DNA of 64,000 nucleotides from Amoebidium appalachense. Taxonomy: Eukaryota > Protista > Ichthyosporea. The notes under the pieces are model-generated. The model saw only the letters and a program-made list of their open reading frames with translations. It searched no databases and was not told the DNA's origin. The DNA lies in NCBI GenBank assembly GCA_963693365.1, contig CAVNZM010000006.1, positions 9,427,355 through 9,491,354 on the forward strand, read 5' to 3'. The position numbers and the translations under genes are program-made. Positions 1 to 14,549 of the stretch are shown one piece after another (position 1 is the stretch's first letter; each line of letters starts with the position of its first letter).

Positions 1-565
1 GTGGGCATTTATTTACCTGCTTCATATCTACCGGCGACATTTGCTGATTACCCTCCGCACCGTGCATACTTGCATCGTGGATATCTGCCGGTCTGACTGT
101 GCTTGCCTCCTCCAAAAAGACATTACCGCGCAAAAAATCTTCACAAACTGTGTCCTCAGCCTTTGCCACCATCACTGCATGATCCACCTCTGGAACCTTA
201 TTCTGCGTTGCGATAGATTGGTGGTAACCCAAAAAATGAGATGAGGGCACGGAGAGTGGGGGTGTGCCGTGCAGTAGGGACTGTGAGGACTCAGTGTTGC
301 TCATGGCATCGAATATATCCGACATACGGCATGTTTGCATCATGTTAGACGTGTCTGTGGCCTGTTGGAATAGCCTCGTGTTCATAAACGTGGGTGGGGG
401 TGGCACGGCAGATTCCTCGAGTTTGGCAAGAGGAAGCTCGGTGCCCGGTTGGAGGTTGAGGCCGGGGTATAGTCCTGCTGCATGGTCTCAGTCAGTCACT
501 TGCATATTAAAAGTATCAAAATGCTCAGAGCCCATTTCCAGTTGATCGGTATCCGGCGCCATCAT
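1..565 (-). CDS. Possible coding segment of an unknown, disorder-like protein running off the window edge, with one in-frame TGA at 488-490
   Basis: Minus frame reads MMAPDTDQLEMGSEHFDTFNMQVTD*DHAAGLYPGLNLQPGTELPLAKLEESAVPPPPTFMNTRLFQQ... and stays open for about 160 codons from 487 to the edge. No recognisable domain. Confidence 0.3.
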
Positions 566-2125
566 GGCACAGCATTTGGCCGAAAGCTATTCTTGACAGA
601 AAAAATAAGGGAGCACCTAGATCTTTTGCAATCAGCTAAAAAAAAAAAAAAGAAGAAGAAGAACTAGCTTCAGTGTACACACAAAGGTGCAACATCGTTC
701 CTCCCAGAGCTGTTCCCATGTACATGTCACCCAACATCTGCAACTTCAGCTCCTCTCACTTGCTTCTCCCCATCTCAGCCCCTAAACCACTCCTACAAAA
801 GAGACAAAATATATGACAGCAAAATCAAGAAGAGGAGAAAAGATGTATTTCAATTCATACAACCACTTATGCGAGGAAGAAGCCGTGCTAGAGTAACTGT
901 CAAGATAGCGAAAAACCAGCCTCTGTAGGTGGAAATAGCCGTAAACCAATGGCTTGTAAAGGAAATATTCTATAGCCATAGAATTTATAACAAATGAAAG
1001 GTCCCGGATCCCTGCATTTTTTAAGATTCGAGCTACTTAGGCGCGGGCTAAGCGTTTCAAGAGGGTACAAAATCTGGACACAAAAGCGTGTGCCTCTTAC
1101 TTACCTACAGCCATACGGCTCATCGGCTGCAGCGCTGCAGCGTAGAAGCCAGGGTAGGCATATGGAAACTGAGCAAAAAAGTTCTCTGCGGCGACATTCC
1201 GAGAGCCAGCCACAATGGTGTGCTGTTGGTCACCATTTGGCCGTATGGGCAATGGAATCCTGGGTAGAGAAACGAACTGCATTCTCAGAACTACGATCCT
1301 GACGCCCTGAACTTAACAGGAAATCTCGAAAAAGCAACGTCCAAAAACTCTGAATCTATATGTAGTACTGCCTGACGACAAGTGGGGGTCAAGAGGTGAG
1401 TGGCGACGATTCAGGAGCCAGTTGTCAGTTTGCTATGTAAAAATCGTAGTGATTCGTTGTGGAACAAGTTGTACACACGTAAATTCTACACTACGGCTTA
1501 CAAAAAATTGCAGCTGCTGTAACAAATTTCCATGACACCAGAGAAAACATGTATTCAACTTAGGTCTATCGGGCTAATTTTTGAAGTAGCTATTGAATAC
1601 TCTACGTTCACGAGCGCACATGCCATTGAAAATTGTACGAGGATTGCCAAACTCGCAGTGTGCGTTTCTGAGGTTCTTGGCTTCTTTGCTCAAAACTGAA
1701 AACAGACACAAGTGGTTCCGCATTCCGAGTTTATATACAGGTAAGCAAGACGGCGATTGGTTTAAACAAATCACATGCTAGAAATTGACTGGCCTAAAAG
1801 ACCGCGTAGAGGATAGTTCAAATTCCTTCAGCTGTCTTACTCTTTGTGACATGTGGAGAGAGAGCTCGCCGTAATGCCATAAAAACTTCAAGAAGCCAAC
1901 CCCCAAAAAATTAATTAAAAAATATAATAAATATAGAGGCAGTATGAAGCGAAGTAGTTTGAAAGACAAATGAGAAAAAACGAATCCTTTTGTGGTGCCA
2001 CGATCTGATAAACCTGACCTTCTGCTCCTCTCGGATAACGAATCGAATAATTGGGCTCTTTTGAAATACCGTGGGTGCTTTTTGGCCGAACAAAGCAATG
2101 CATGATAAACAACAAATAGATAGTG

Positions 2126-2710
2126 GGGCTTTCCATGGACTGGTTTCGGATTGATAGTCCATCGGATCGGAGCTCCGATTGACCACATCGACCATATTTG
2201 GGTTTTTCGAAGTCCATCCGATCGGAGCGTCCAGACTGGTCATGGATTGACGGCAACGCTGGCGCTGTATTCAACATATTTTATAATGCTAGCGTACATA
2301 TACTCTATAATATTTGTACGTTAGTCTTGATTCAAATAAGAAGAGGTGCTGTAGCTGACATGCTGCACGTCCAAAAAATATTAAAATAATTATGATGCAA
2401 GTATCTAGTCTACATAGGATGCCTAACGCGCGGTCCATTTTTGGCTATTTTCTTTGCAATTAGTTAATTGGTAAGTGCGAATAGACTAATTTGGCAAAGT
2501 ACGGGATGATTGGTTCAGATTTTGCGCTGAACGTCAATCTGGGCACGGATTGAAAGCCGATTGATTGGCAGTTAATCCGGGAGTCAATCCGAATTCGGAT
2601 TGACTTCGGATTAACTGGGTTCGGCCAAATTTGGCAAGCGCTGTCCATCGGACTCAGTGTGGACGCCAGATCGATTGGACTCCAGTCAATCGGCGCAGTG
2701 TGAACAGCCC
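2126..2710. mobile_element. MITE/foldback-like remnant(s) with repeated CGGATTG/CCGATTG motifs and an internal 49-bp palindrome
   Basis: Two blocks (about 2126-2255 and 2540-2710) are rich in CGGATTG/CAATCCG/CCGATTG/TCCATCGGA. Near-perfect palindrome at 2569-2617 centred on GAATTC. The right end reads GGGCTGTTCACAC on the minus strand, resembling PIF/Harbinger-type termini. Confidence 0.4.
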
Positions 2711-4146
2711 CAGTAGCCATTTTGGGCCTGGCGGCCTGGCCTGGCAATAATAATTGTCTCTCATAGCAAAGAAGAAAATGAAAGAAATCAAACATTTTTG
2801 GGCTTCTAATTTAACTTGTCCAAAGCCAAAAAATGAATGTATATACGTAATCTAAATGCTGCTGTATGATGTCACGGTCTCACGGTATGGCATGGTCAAA
2901 CTCAGACTCGACCGCAAAAAAATGCAACCAATCAGCCCTCTGGTTCACTAGCATATTGTATCCGGTGGCTCAGATAGTTACGTTTATAGCTGAGCCTGCC
3001 CTCAGCACTGGCCCAAGTTCCGTGACTGCATCAATGAGTCATTGAGCACTAGTACTTGAGCTGTTAGGCACGTAAAAATGCCATCACATATACTTTAAAT
3101 TAGAGTGTGTTTTATCAGAATGTTATTCACAAGTAGGTTTGAGGATGGTGCCCTCGCCACTTCACCTGCATCAGAAATTCAGAATAATTCGAATGCCGTG
3201 TGAACAAAGTCGAGCATTGGTTTTTGGCGCGAAACCACTTCAATTGGCCAATCATCGGCCCATGGGCAGTTGAATGGCAAGTTGGCAAGACTTAGTTGGC
3301 AACTGCCAGCTATATCCACGTTCAACTTGGAAAAGGACGGGTTCTTTCTTCTTTAGTTCTTCCAATTTTTTTTCATGAAGCGAAACCCCGTACGTGCACC
3401 GACGGTTTGAATGTTTCGTGGCGTTTACAAATTTCAATGGGTGACCTGGGTCATGCAGTCAATGATTTGCACGGATCCGTCATCGCCTTTATGTGCACGA
3501 ATGCATCGCCGGCGCCCTCACCGGTACCCATAGCCGCACGGCGCTGTTGCATTGCAAACGTCCCCCCCCCCCCCCCCCCCCTCCCCCCCCTCCCTCCCGT
3601 CTCCCCCCCCCCTCCCCCTCCCCACCACCAACCCGGTCCCCGCCCCACCACCAACCCCGGTACCCGAGGCCCGCCCTCGAGCTCACTCCCACACAATCAT
3701 GTAGACACACACACACACAGAGCGAGACACATGTACACACGTACTTCAGTTGATTTATTCACATTTCAGAAGCTCGAGAAATATCTACAGTACAATTTAC
3801 TAAGAACTTCTTTGAGTAAAAAGTGGGCCTTCTTGCATTTTGGGGCTCCGGGAACCATTCATTTTAGCAACCATGCAAAAAATTCGAAAACAATTGATCT
3901 CCATCTCTAGTGGCAATCACCAGTACGAACGTTCAATGAAATGCAGCTCCATTGTGTATACATAGCATGCGCAGATCAGTAGGACACGAGAACTTGCAGC
4001 GGTAATTAACACCAGCACATGTGAAATCCAGACTAGCAAAATAACTTATACTATTCAACTTCACGCATGGATATACCTATGTAGTGTACAACCCATAGAG
4101 TAAAAAAAAACCGCATAGCCACCTACCGCGCCTAAATCCCTTCAGT

Positions 4147-4828
4147 TCAGTCCAGCCTGGTGCGCTTAGTACGACTGGCAACAGCAGCTGCCCCCAAGCC
4201 AAGCTTTTCGGGCCGGGCCGATGCAGCCACGGGTTGTACTCGACCCGTACCCTCTTTTCCCAGCCCGCCTCCTTCCCAACCCATTTTCCGCAGCAGTTTG
4301 CTCCCCAAATTATCCTCAGGTATGGGTCTGCAGAGAGACAATGTCGTTGTTGTTAGAACTTGTCTGACATGCCTTCGCATTTCTTAGGCTTAAAACAAAG
4401 AACATTGCCTACTCTACTAGCAGGGAGGCAAATGCTGTTACAAATGCCAGGGTGGATAGTCTCGAGGTTCAATAAGAAGCCACCAGATGTTTGTCTCTCC
4501 TCCCCTCCCCCCTTCTCTCCCCCCCCTCCCCAAAGGGAAAAAAACCCCTAAAAGAAAACCTAATAAATAAATCACTGCCACGTATCATGTGCACATGCAT
4601 ATGCACCCAAAGACAGGAATGAAGGCATACACAGGCAACATGCCCACCGGTGCATATGCACATCCATAGACACATTCCAAGTGCCTTTGTTCGGGTATGT
4701 GTAAACGCAGTGGGGCCACTTACGTATCCACCGTAGCTGACTCCACCGGTTTGTCGAAGTTAAATGTGTCGCTGATATCTCCCTCCGGAAACTGTGCCCT
4801 GCGCTCGGCTGCACGATCTGTATACTGT

Positions 4829-4878
<50 letters not shown>

Positions 4879-5248
4879 TGAATGCGTCAAAAAGTACGAA
4901 GTACACAAGAACAAACGGATAACACGATGCAGAATGCAAGCCATACATAAAGAGTATGCATAATAAGCAGAGCCCATCCTCAGGGGGGGCCCACGTCATC
5001 CACAGTACCCGAGTTTCGACCTATTGCCCTCGTTAACGAAACCCAACTCAGATACTGTTTCACTTGAACATGAGTAGGTCACGGGGGGGGGGGGGGGGGG
5101 GGGGGGGGGAAGAAGGGGGGGGGGGGGGGGGGGGGGGGCGCCGCGGGGAGGGGGGGGGGGGGGGGGGATCACAGTTGAAGCGCTAAACGTCGTGATACTT
5201 GGGGAATCATGATTAAGCATCTCTCTCTCGTCGGGGATGGACAGGAAA

Positions 5249-5289
<41 letters not shown>

Positions 5290-5322
5290 ACGCTGTATTT
5301 GTGTGTGCGTGCCTGGGCGTGT

Positions 5323-5377
<55 letters not shown>

Positions 5378-5793
5378 AATGTGTGCGTGTGCGTGCGTGT
5401 GTGCGTGCGGGCACGTGTGGGCGGCGGGGGGGGGGGGGGGTCACAGAGGAGAAGAGCCTGAGTAAGATGAGCTCAGCCAGGCAGGGGAGGGGGGAGGGGG
5501 AGGGGTGGGGGTTGGGGTTTGGCAAGGGGAGGTGGGGGGTGGGTGGGGGGGGGGGGAGGCAGGGGTTGAGGGGTTTGGGGAAAAAGAGGGGGGGGGGGGG
5601 GGAGGGGGAAGTAAAAAGCGAGATCCTATCCATGGCTTCCTCCTCCCAGCATCTCATTCAGTGAGCTCAGTCACACCAAAACCAACACTGCACAAACAAA
5701 CACACATCTTGCAATTAGCATCGACAGCACACACCAAGAAACGACTGCAGCCTGTGATCCGTTATTTAGTGGGACAAGTGAAAGGGTGGTGTG

Positions 5794-5830
<37 letters not shown>

Positions 5831-6099
5831 GGAGGGGGGGAGGAGGAGGACGGGAAAATAAACCCACTGTTCCATCCGGTTGCAAAGGGACGTCCTCGTT
5901 GTCTGGGGCCCTGTGCAGACCGTACATCCGCTTCATGTCGTTGAGTTCCTTGCGCCGTGCTCCTATATCATAGAGATATATCAGAACACACGCACATGCT
6001 TGCATAAGGGTGCAACAGAGACCTTTATGTTGATATGTGTTCGAACTGAACATCCAAGGTTGCAAAGAATGCGCCCGCGCGCTCGTGTGTGTGTGTGGG

Positions 6100-6134
<35 letters not shown>

Positions 6135-6329
6135 TGTACGCGTGCCAAAGTGCTTGTGGTGTTTGTGTGTGTGTGTGTGTGACATTTGTGTCTAGTTTTT
6201 AGTGGTGGTGGTGACCCGTTTGGGTGGGTGGGCGGGTGGCCTAACTCTGTTTTTATTTTAACCATCACAACGACGAACAACGCATTACAACATACAATTG
6301 AGCAAGCATCAAAACATCCTCACCCCCCC

Positions 6330-6360
<31 letters not shown>

Positions 6361-6546
6361 AAAAAAAAAAAAACGAGGAAAAAAAGTAAAAAGAAAAGAA
6401 AAGAAAAGAGGTGGGGAAAAGCAGAAAAAAATGCAACATCAGTACACAGCAGCCAGCATACTCGTGCAACACTAGCAAGGATGGCACCGACATGAGAAGA
6501 CACCCAGTGGAAGATCGGAGCTTTAGTGGTGATAGTGGTGGTGGTC

Positions 6547-6586
<40 letters not shown>

Positions 6587-6813
6587 GGGGGGGATCTTCA
6601 CACAACCAGAAAAAAAAAAAAACGGCGATTAAAAGGCATTGGGGGGTGTAGGGGATGGAGAGTGGTGAAGGGGGGGGGGGGGGGGGGGGGGGGGCATTAC
6701 TCTCTTTGAGAGCTTTGGCCTCTGCAGGGGTCAACACAACAGGCGGAGGCTTTGGTGGGTTGATGACTGGGGCCGCAACTATTGTCGAGCCATTCTGCAG
6801 CACAGAGAGTTTG

Positions 6814-6889
<76 letters not shown>

Positions 6890-6992
6890 TTGCATATTAA
6901 GTGTAACTGTGTGTGTAGAGGGTACAAGGGGTGGGGGAGGGGGTGGCTAAGTGTAACTGAATGTGTAAATGGTGAAAAGCAGGGCAGGGGAA

Positions 6993-7032
<40 letters not shown>

Positions 7033-8339
7033 CTGCCTTAGAAGAAATTTGGTATGCTAGTTGGGCTGGATGGGGTGGCGCCTTGGAGCACACAGGTGTT
7101 TATGTGGATGACTAGTTGCTGGGTTGCTCGGTTCGGCTGTGTTTGCATTGCGATTGGGTTGGGTGGAAGGGCTGAAGGTTGGGTGGGTGGGTGGGTGGGT
7201 GGGGGGGTGGGGGGAGAAGAGCAAAGGCGCAAGAATGCAGACCTTTTTTCCTCCAGATGGCGCTTCAATGCCTCCTGCTCCATCGGCTGTGCACACTCAG
7301 GACAGAACTCGTCTCCTGCAAGGAGGGACCTGAAGTGCAGGCCTAAACAACCCCCCCCCCCCCCCCCCCCCAAAAAAAAGGAAAAAAAACTCCTGGGAAC
7401 CCCTTGCCCCTCCTCCCCCCTATGCAACTCAACCCCCCCCCCCCCCCACACCCCAAAAAAAAAAAGAAAAGAAAAAGGAAAGAAAAGCAGAAATAACAAC
7501 AACAACAACAACAATAATAAAATTGCATGAACAAGCAGAGGAAATAGAAAAAAAGGAATTACATCTACAGAGACATTGCACAAACACACCATCTTAACCG
7601 CGTCCACCCAACGACCCCTACACGCCCTTGCACCACCACCGATCGATTTTAGCTATCCCGCTTTTTGAACTTCCTGGCACCAGAGGAGGTGGGGAAAAAC
7701 ACACCAGTGAAACGAGTAAATACTATGTGCTGACACGGAGACCTAATGTGACGAAAGGCCTACGTTGGCTTCACTCACACATGATGATAGACACAGGCAC
7801 ATATGCACGCACATTTAAAAACCACCCATGCATTCAGATCTACCCCCCCACCCCCAAACCAACCAACGAACCAAAAAAAAAAAAAAGAGAAAGAAAAAAA
7901 AATCGTTCTGTCCGTCAACTGGCTGCCACGGATGATGATCTAACCACAAACTACACTCATTCTCGGAATGTGTGGATTGGATCCATGTGTGCGCACCCAC
8001 CCGCCCGCATGTGTGTGTGCACCCGCCCCCCAACACGTGTGTGTGCACCCACCCCTGTGCACGTGCACACTGAAGACCGTCTTGCCCAGCTCCAGGGTAC
8101 AGCCGTGGGGCAGTGGAGTGCCCTCCCCCTCCTCCTGTCTGGGCCATACCCCCACCCGTCAGCTGTATGAACGCTGGAGAATTCTTTGTCAAAAAAGGTA
8201 TTTGCATTTGCGCAAATCAGACTCCACATGTGTTATGTCCTCTCGGTGCAAAAACTACAAACTTCCAGCAATCAACATGCAGGCGTGGTGGAACCCCGTT
8301 ACTCTTCAGGGCACACCACCGCCAACATGCAAAAGCGCA

Positions 8340-8383
<44 letters not shown>

Positions 8384-10055
8384 TCCCCCCACCCTTTCCC
8401 TCTTTTCCCCCAGCACCTTAAAACCGCAAGTGTTCCCAACATCCTTCTGCACCATGCCTTTGGTACAGGCGTGCGCTCCACACACCATTCAAACACCAGT
8501 ACCACAAAGACAGCAATGTGTCCCCAAGAAAGCACTGACCAAAACAATCCCGTAGTCTATGCATATTAGGTTCAGCTGTTGATCTTCCCCTCCTTCCCCC
8601 CTTCTCCCCCCTCTCCATCCCCCCCCCCCCCCCCCCCCCCCCCCAACCACAACACACACACACACACAAACACGCACACAAACAACAAAAACACACACAC
8701 TCTCTCACCACAGTTCTCATGTGTAATTTGCGTCACTCCACATGTATTTTCGATGTAAAAACTCTTAGTCGAATGAAGAAGTGAGCAGTTGAGAAAGAGG
8801 GAGTGAGGGAGATTGATTCTGCAGAGCATATATGCTTCACACCACACTCACACACACACCCCAAGCACACCAAGCACACCAACGCACCCAGGCTCCAGCC
8901 TGTTTCCATCGACAAATGTGCCGTTCTTCGAGCCCAGGTCTCTGATGACAAAGGTGTCTGTGTGCTGCTGGTAGCTGACCTGGGCGTGGCTCTTGCTGGC
9001 CTCGATGGTTGCTATGCGCACCATGTGGTTGCGATCCTTGTCTCGCCCCATCGTGCCCCCCTCCTGCCCGATCACGTGCACACTGCCCTCTGCTCATACA
9101 CGTGTCAGTCGCATATTTGTCACTGCAGTCATATGTAACAGAGAACACTCACCCCTCCCCACCCCCCACCCCCCCCCCCCCTCCCCTCCCTTATCCCCCT
9201 TCTTTTCCCCCCTCCCCCCATCATTTGTTTAATCGCCACTCTTTGGTATGGGGATCCATACGGATTCTCCTCATCAGAAAGAAGGAAACCAAACTCGATG
9301 CAATGAACGCACAGGCGCAGTGTCCATGAGGAACACGAGAATACAGAGAACCAAAGACAGGGACATTACTTGACCCCCCAACCCCCCCTTCCCCCTTTCC
9401 CGCCCTCTTCCATTCCGTGGAAAACAAACACACCCTGCCACCACCACCACCACATCACAGACACACACACCAGGACCACCACACACAAATACGCCAACAC
9501 CACCAACAGCACACAACCATCCCCCGCAATCAGCGTCGTCACCGCACACAATCACACACGCAACTACCACAGCCACATCACCACGACACACACACACACC
9601 ATCAGCCACCACCACCACCACCACAACACCGCCAACAACCATCACACGAATGCCCACAACCAACCACCACCAACTCCTTTTACCTTTTCCGCCACCCACA
9701 CCACAATACTCCAACATACACACGAATCGCCATTCACACTTCACTCACATCACATATTTCATGAAAACCCACCGGGTAGTGATTGTGACGTCTTGACCAC
9801 AAATCGGATGCACAGATTCTCAGCTTGCTTTCCCTCCGTCCCATCCACCTCCCCATCTTCCTTCTCCCCAGGGGTGGTGGTGGGGTGGGCTACAGATGCA
9901 TCGGCATAGGCATGGAATATGTACTCTCCTCGTGACCGATCATAGCGGTAGTAAGCACGTGTAGATGGGTAGTAGTACATCTGCAATGGTGCATGTGGGT
10001 GGCGATGGATAACGGAAAGAAAGGGGGTGGGGGGGGCAAAGCGGTGTGTGTGTGT

Positions 10056-10086
<31 letters not shown>

Positions 10087-10867
10087 GGTGGAGGTGAGTG
10101 GGTGGGGAATGAAGGAAATAAGGTGTGTTCCTGTAGGTCAGTAGGGTGAGTCAACCAGATTGTATGTATGGAGCCACATATCTGCAGGGCCCTGTGTGTA
10201 TGGTTGCACCATATTCTGGGGTTCTAGGATCATAGTAAGTGCATGAACAAACGACACAATACCTGAAATGGGGCAGCATGGAGAAGTACGACACAAAGAG
10301 AGCAAAGATAAAATGGAAAAAAAAGCCAGAAACGAAACGGAAGACACAAACAAAAAGCCTTGAAAGAAGCAGCGGCTAAACATGAAAGACACATCACGCA
10401 CAACAGGTAGAAACTATTTTATTAAAAAGAAAACAGCCTACCTGAGACTTTGGGTCGTAGTAGTAGCCCGATGCCCAGTCATAGTACATGCCGCTGGCCT
10501 CATCAAACACTACCCCTGTGCGGCTAAGCTCTGTCTGTGCTATTTGCGCAATGTACTCCGCAGTAAGAGCTGCTTGGGGGGGAGGGAGGGGGGGAGGGGA
10601 GGGGGAAGGGGAGGGGAGGGGGAAGGGGAGGGGAGGGGGGGAGGGGGGGGGGGGGAGAGAGAGAGAGAGAGAGAGAGGTCAGTGTTGTTCTGCTTCAAAG
10701 TATACAATACACGGTTGGAATACACTGTTAGGGAATCCTTGTGGGTGTGGGATGGGGCGGTAAAGCATGCCAACCATGTGCATGGGATGGGTGTGTAGGG
10801 AAAGCTGAAAGGAAGAAAGCGGTAAAAGGGGGGGCGGTTTCTTTGGTTGGTTGCCCGGAATGGAAAG

Positions 10868-10907
<40 letters not shown>

Positions 10908-10922
10908 CCTCCCCCCTCTCTC

Positions 10923-10970
<48 letters not shown>

Positions 10971-11860
10971 TCTCCCCCCCCCCCCCCCCCTCTCTCTCTC
11001 TCTTCTTTTTTTGCCCCCTCCTTTCCCGGGGGCGGCGGGGGGGGGGGGGGGGAGGAGGGCGGGGGGAGGGAGGGGGGAGGGGGGAGGGGTTCAAGGCTTG
11101 CTGACAATGCATGGTGGTCGCATACAGGTGATGACCTAAAAACACAGAGATCACCCGCTCTTCCCCTCCCCCATCCCCCCTTCCCCCTTTGCGCTTTTGA
11201 GACGGAAGTGAGGCAAGGAAGATGGGGGGGGGGGGTTTGAATGCGGAACACGGTACGAAGTACGCATACACGAAGGACACATGCAAAGGCAAACATTCAA
11301 GTATGCAACATCAGCCATGCGCACAGTATGCGTCATAAGCAGAGCCCATCCTCAGGGAGGGCCCAAGTCATCAAGGGGAGGGGGGTTGGGGGGGGGGGGG
11401 GGGATCGGAAAGGGGTGTGTGGGAGGGGTGGGGAAGAGAGAGCGAGAAGAGCAAAAAAAGTGAGAGGGGAAGGAGGGGGAGGGGGGTGGGGGGAGGGGGG
11501 ACAAGCCCCACCTTCAACGGACGCCTGGCTTTCTGTAGCTCCATTTGCCGAGTCCCCCGACCAATACGGGTAGGTTTGGGTGTTCTGAATGGGACAGAGT
11601 AGAGGGAGAAAGATTATGTGGTGAGATGAAGAGTTGACACTGCATGGTGCTTCTGTGCTGCATCGGCATATGGGTGGGTGGTGCATTGCACGGCAAGAGG
11701 GTGGGTGGCTGGCAACAAAGGAGTGCAATACACGACAATAGACCAGGAGAGTCCCACCACCTCTCCCAGAATTTCTTTCTCATTCCCCGTGTCTAACCCC
11801 CCCCCCCCCCCCAACCCCACCCCCAAAAGTCCACCACCATCGCCGCCGCCGCCATCCCCC

Positions 11861-11913
<53 letters not shown>

Positions 11914-14432
11914 CACCACCACCACCACCACAACAACAACAACAAAAAAAAAAAAAAAAAAAAAAGGAAACACACAACACACACACTGCCCTTCAGTCAA
12001 ACGGTGTGACCAAGCCTACCGAACATAAGAACACCGTCCAGAGCATAGATGCAAACCACACAAACACCATCATGCGCCAGTATGGGCATGCACACTGACA
12101 CATCTGCCCGTGTGCACATACCATCACATTAACATCACTGAACAGAAGGTAAGGTATGTATATGAAAACTCATAGATATTAGCCGTGCACTGGTATTATC
12201 GAAACAAAAATGAGCCACCGGGACACAGCGGACACAAGTACACCACAGGGACACAAGCACACAAGGCAGGAAGCATTGCCCCCCTCCCCCCCCCCCCCCC
12301 CCCCCCCTCCCCTCCCCCCGCAACCACCATAAAAAAAAAAAACCTTGAATGAAAGGAAACCCCAATACACCCCAATGCACCGCCACAAGTAGGGTGTATC
12401 TATGGCAGCAGGGACACTTGCCTCTGTCTGGGTTTCAGCATCCACACGTTGCCTGGCCCGTTGCCTGAAGTCTGCAAGCTCACGGCTGAGCTCTTCCACT
12501 CGCTGCCTTAATTGCTCCGTATAGCTCTGCGGCGATGCGGGTGAGTACACACATTCTTATGACTTTGCAAGTGAATGAATCCGAGTAGATATTCACTTAA
12601 TTATGAAATTGCAGGACACCCGTGCTAGTGAATATGCAAATACTTACGAGGGTGTAAGTGCATGTGTGGGGGTGGATATAATAATTAACGATCATAATGC
12701 TGATATGAAGTTGCGTGGGAAAGTAGTAAAGAGAGAGACGTACTATGGGTTCGGTGAATGGGTGCATAGGTATCGGTGAGTAGATGTCCATGCTCATAAA
12801 AAATGAATTACAAGTAAGAAATGAGTGGAATGTCAAGTTGTGCCGTGTTCTTGGTGATGCCAAGTGAGTAATCGAGATACTGACTAGTATATGGGAGCAT
12901 TGAAAAAAATTTAGTAGAGAGGATTGCATGTGTTGGTGCATGTGTAAGTGTTTGAGTGTGGAAGGCGGCAACATCAGGCCAACACTTGATTGGGAACACA
13001 GGCGCAACACAGATATTTCGACCCTTACTCCTTACTGATCCAAAAAGACATCGACGGAAAACGTGCAACCACTAGAGCACCACAGGGAAAGACGCCACCT
13101 TCTACTTAATCCCTCAAAATGCCAGTTTTATTTATCTTAAAAAAGTAGTGTGTAACTCTACACACCTGTGCGTTTATTCTCTCGATGTTTGCCTTGTCTG
13201 CCTCTGCCTTCCATCGCTTGGCCTCTCCTAGTGCCCTCTCTGCAACCTGCAGAGCCTGTGCTCAAGAAAAGGAAAATAAATGGAAAGGGAAAAAGGGGCG
13301 GTGGGGCGGTGGGGGGGAGGGGGGGAGAAATGAAGTGTGGTGGTGAGGAGAGCTGAAGGTTTGTTGAATGTAGGGGAATGGAAAAGGAAAGGGAGGAAAG
13401 AACTCAGGGAATGAAAGGGACTCTCCATCCAAAACTCTCGCCTTCCCTCTGCCTGTCCCTCTCCCTTTCCCTCCCTCCCTCCCTCTCCCTTCCCCCCTCT
13501 GTCTCCCCCTTCTCCCCTCCCTCCCTCACTCCTCCTCACCTGCCTCTCTCTACCTCTATTTCTCCCTCTCTTCCCCCACCTTCCCCCGTCCAGCCGTGTG
13601 CCCCTTTCCCCAATCACTCGCAAGGCATCTCCCCCTGCCACCACTGCTACAGCCCGCTCATCGGTACCAATAGACTTCAGGCTATGAGATCCATTAAATC
13701 TTCCACATTTTCCGTATTGCCAACGACTCTTCTAACTTCGCTGATGATGCGACTTCTGTAATGTCACGAAAGAACATGGCCAGTTTCCACCACATACCTC
13801 TTGCCTAAGCTCTGTATCGTGATTTGTGTTTTGGAGCTACGCATCCCCCCCCCCCCCCCCCCCCTCCCTCCCCCCCCCCCCCCCCCCCCCCCTTCCCCCC
13901 CCCCCCCGCCCGCGATCCTAATCCCCCTCTTCCTCCCCCCCCCTTCGCCCCAAAACACACATACACACCAAAGCCCATGGATTCCTCGCATACTGTATAT
14001 GTCTCCCTAACTTCTTAACAATTGCATTGAACGTATGGGTATGCATGTGTCTACAACATGTAAGTGACAGGCAGGGCCACACTGAGCCAACCACACCCAC
14101 CTATTCATTCTTTTTTTTCTTTGGAAAGCCCCCTGCTAAGGTCAAACCTCATGCCCCTCAACATATGTTCTTTTCCCATTTCCCTTAAAGTCACAGGACG
14201 GAAGGGGGGAGGGGGGGGGGGGAAGAGGGAGCGAGGGAGGGAGGGAGGGAGGGAGGGAGGGAGGGAGGGACGGAGGGAGGGAGAGAGGGAGAGGGGGAAA
14301 GGAGGGAGCGGGGATGGAGAGAGAGAGAGGGGGGGGGGGGGGGAGGGGGAGGGGGAGAAGAGGGGGGGGAGGGAGGGAGAGGGAGAGGGAGAGAAAGGGA
14401 GAGGGGGGGGGAAGGGGGGGGGGGGGGGGAGA

Positions 14433-14469
<37 letters not shown>

Positions 14470-14508
14470 AGACAGACAGAAAGAGAGAGAGGGAGGGGGA
14501 GAGAGAGA

Positions 14509-14549
<41 letters not shown>

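Noticed and set aside
1300-3520. Decayed coding or transposase sequence
   Set aside because: The frames have multiple stops and no recognisable domain motifs.
4877-5082. A/B elements as introners, MITEs, Helitrons or solo LTRs
   Set aside because: They lie inside introns rather than defining them, and lack terminal inverted repeats, TC...CTRR ends and paired TG...CA ends. They show one-sided truncation instead.
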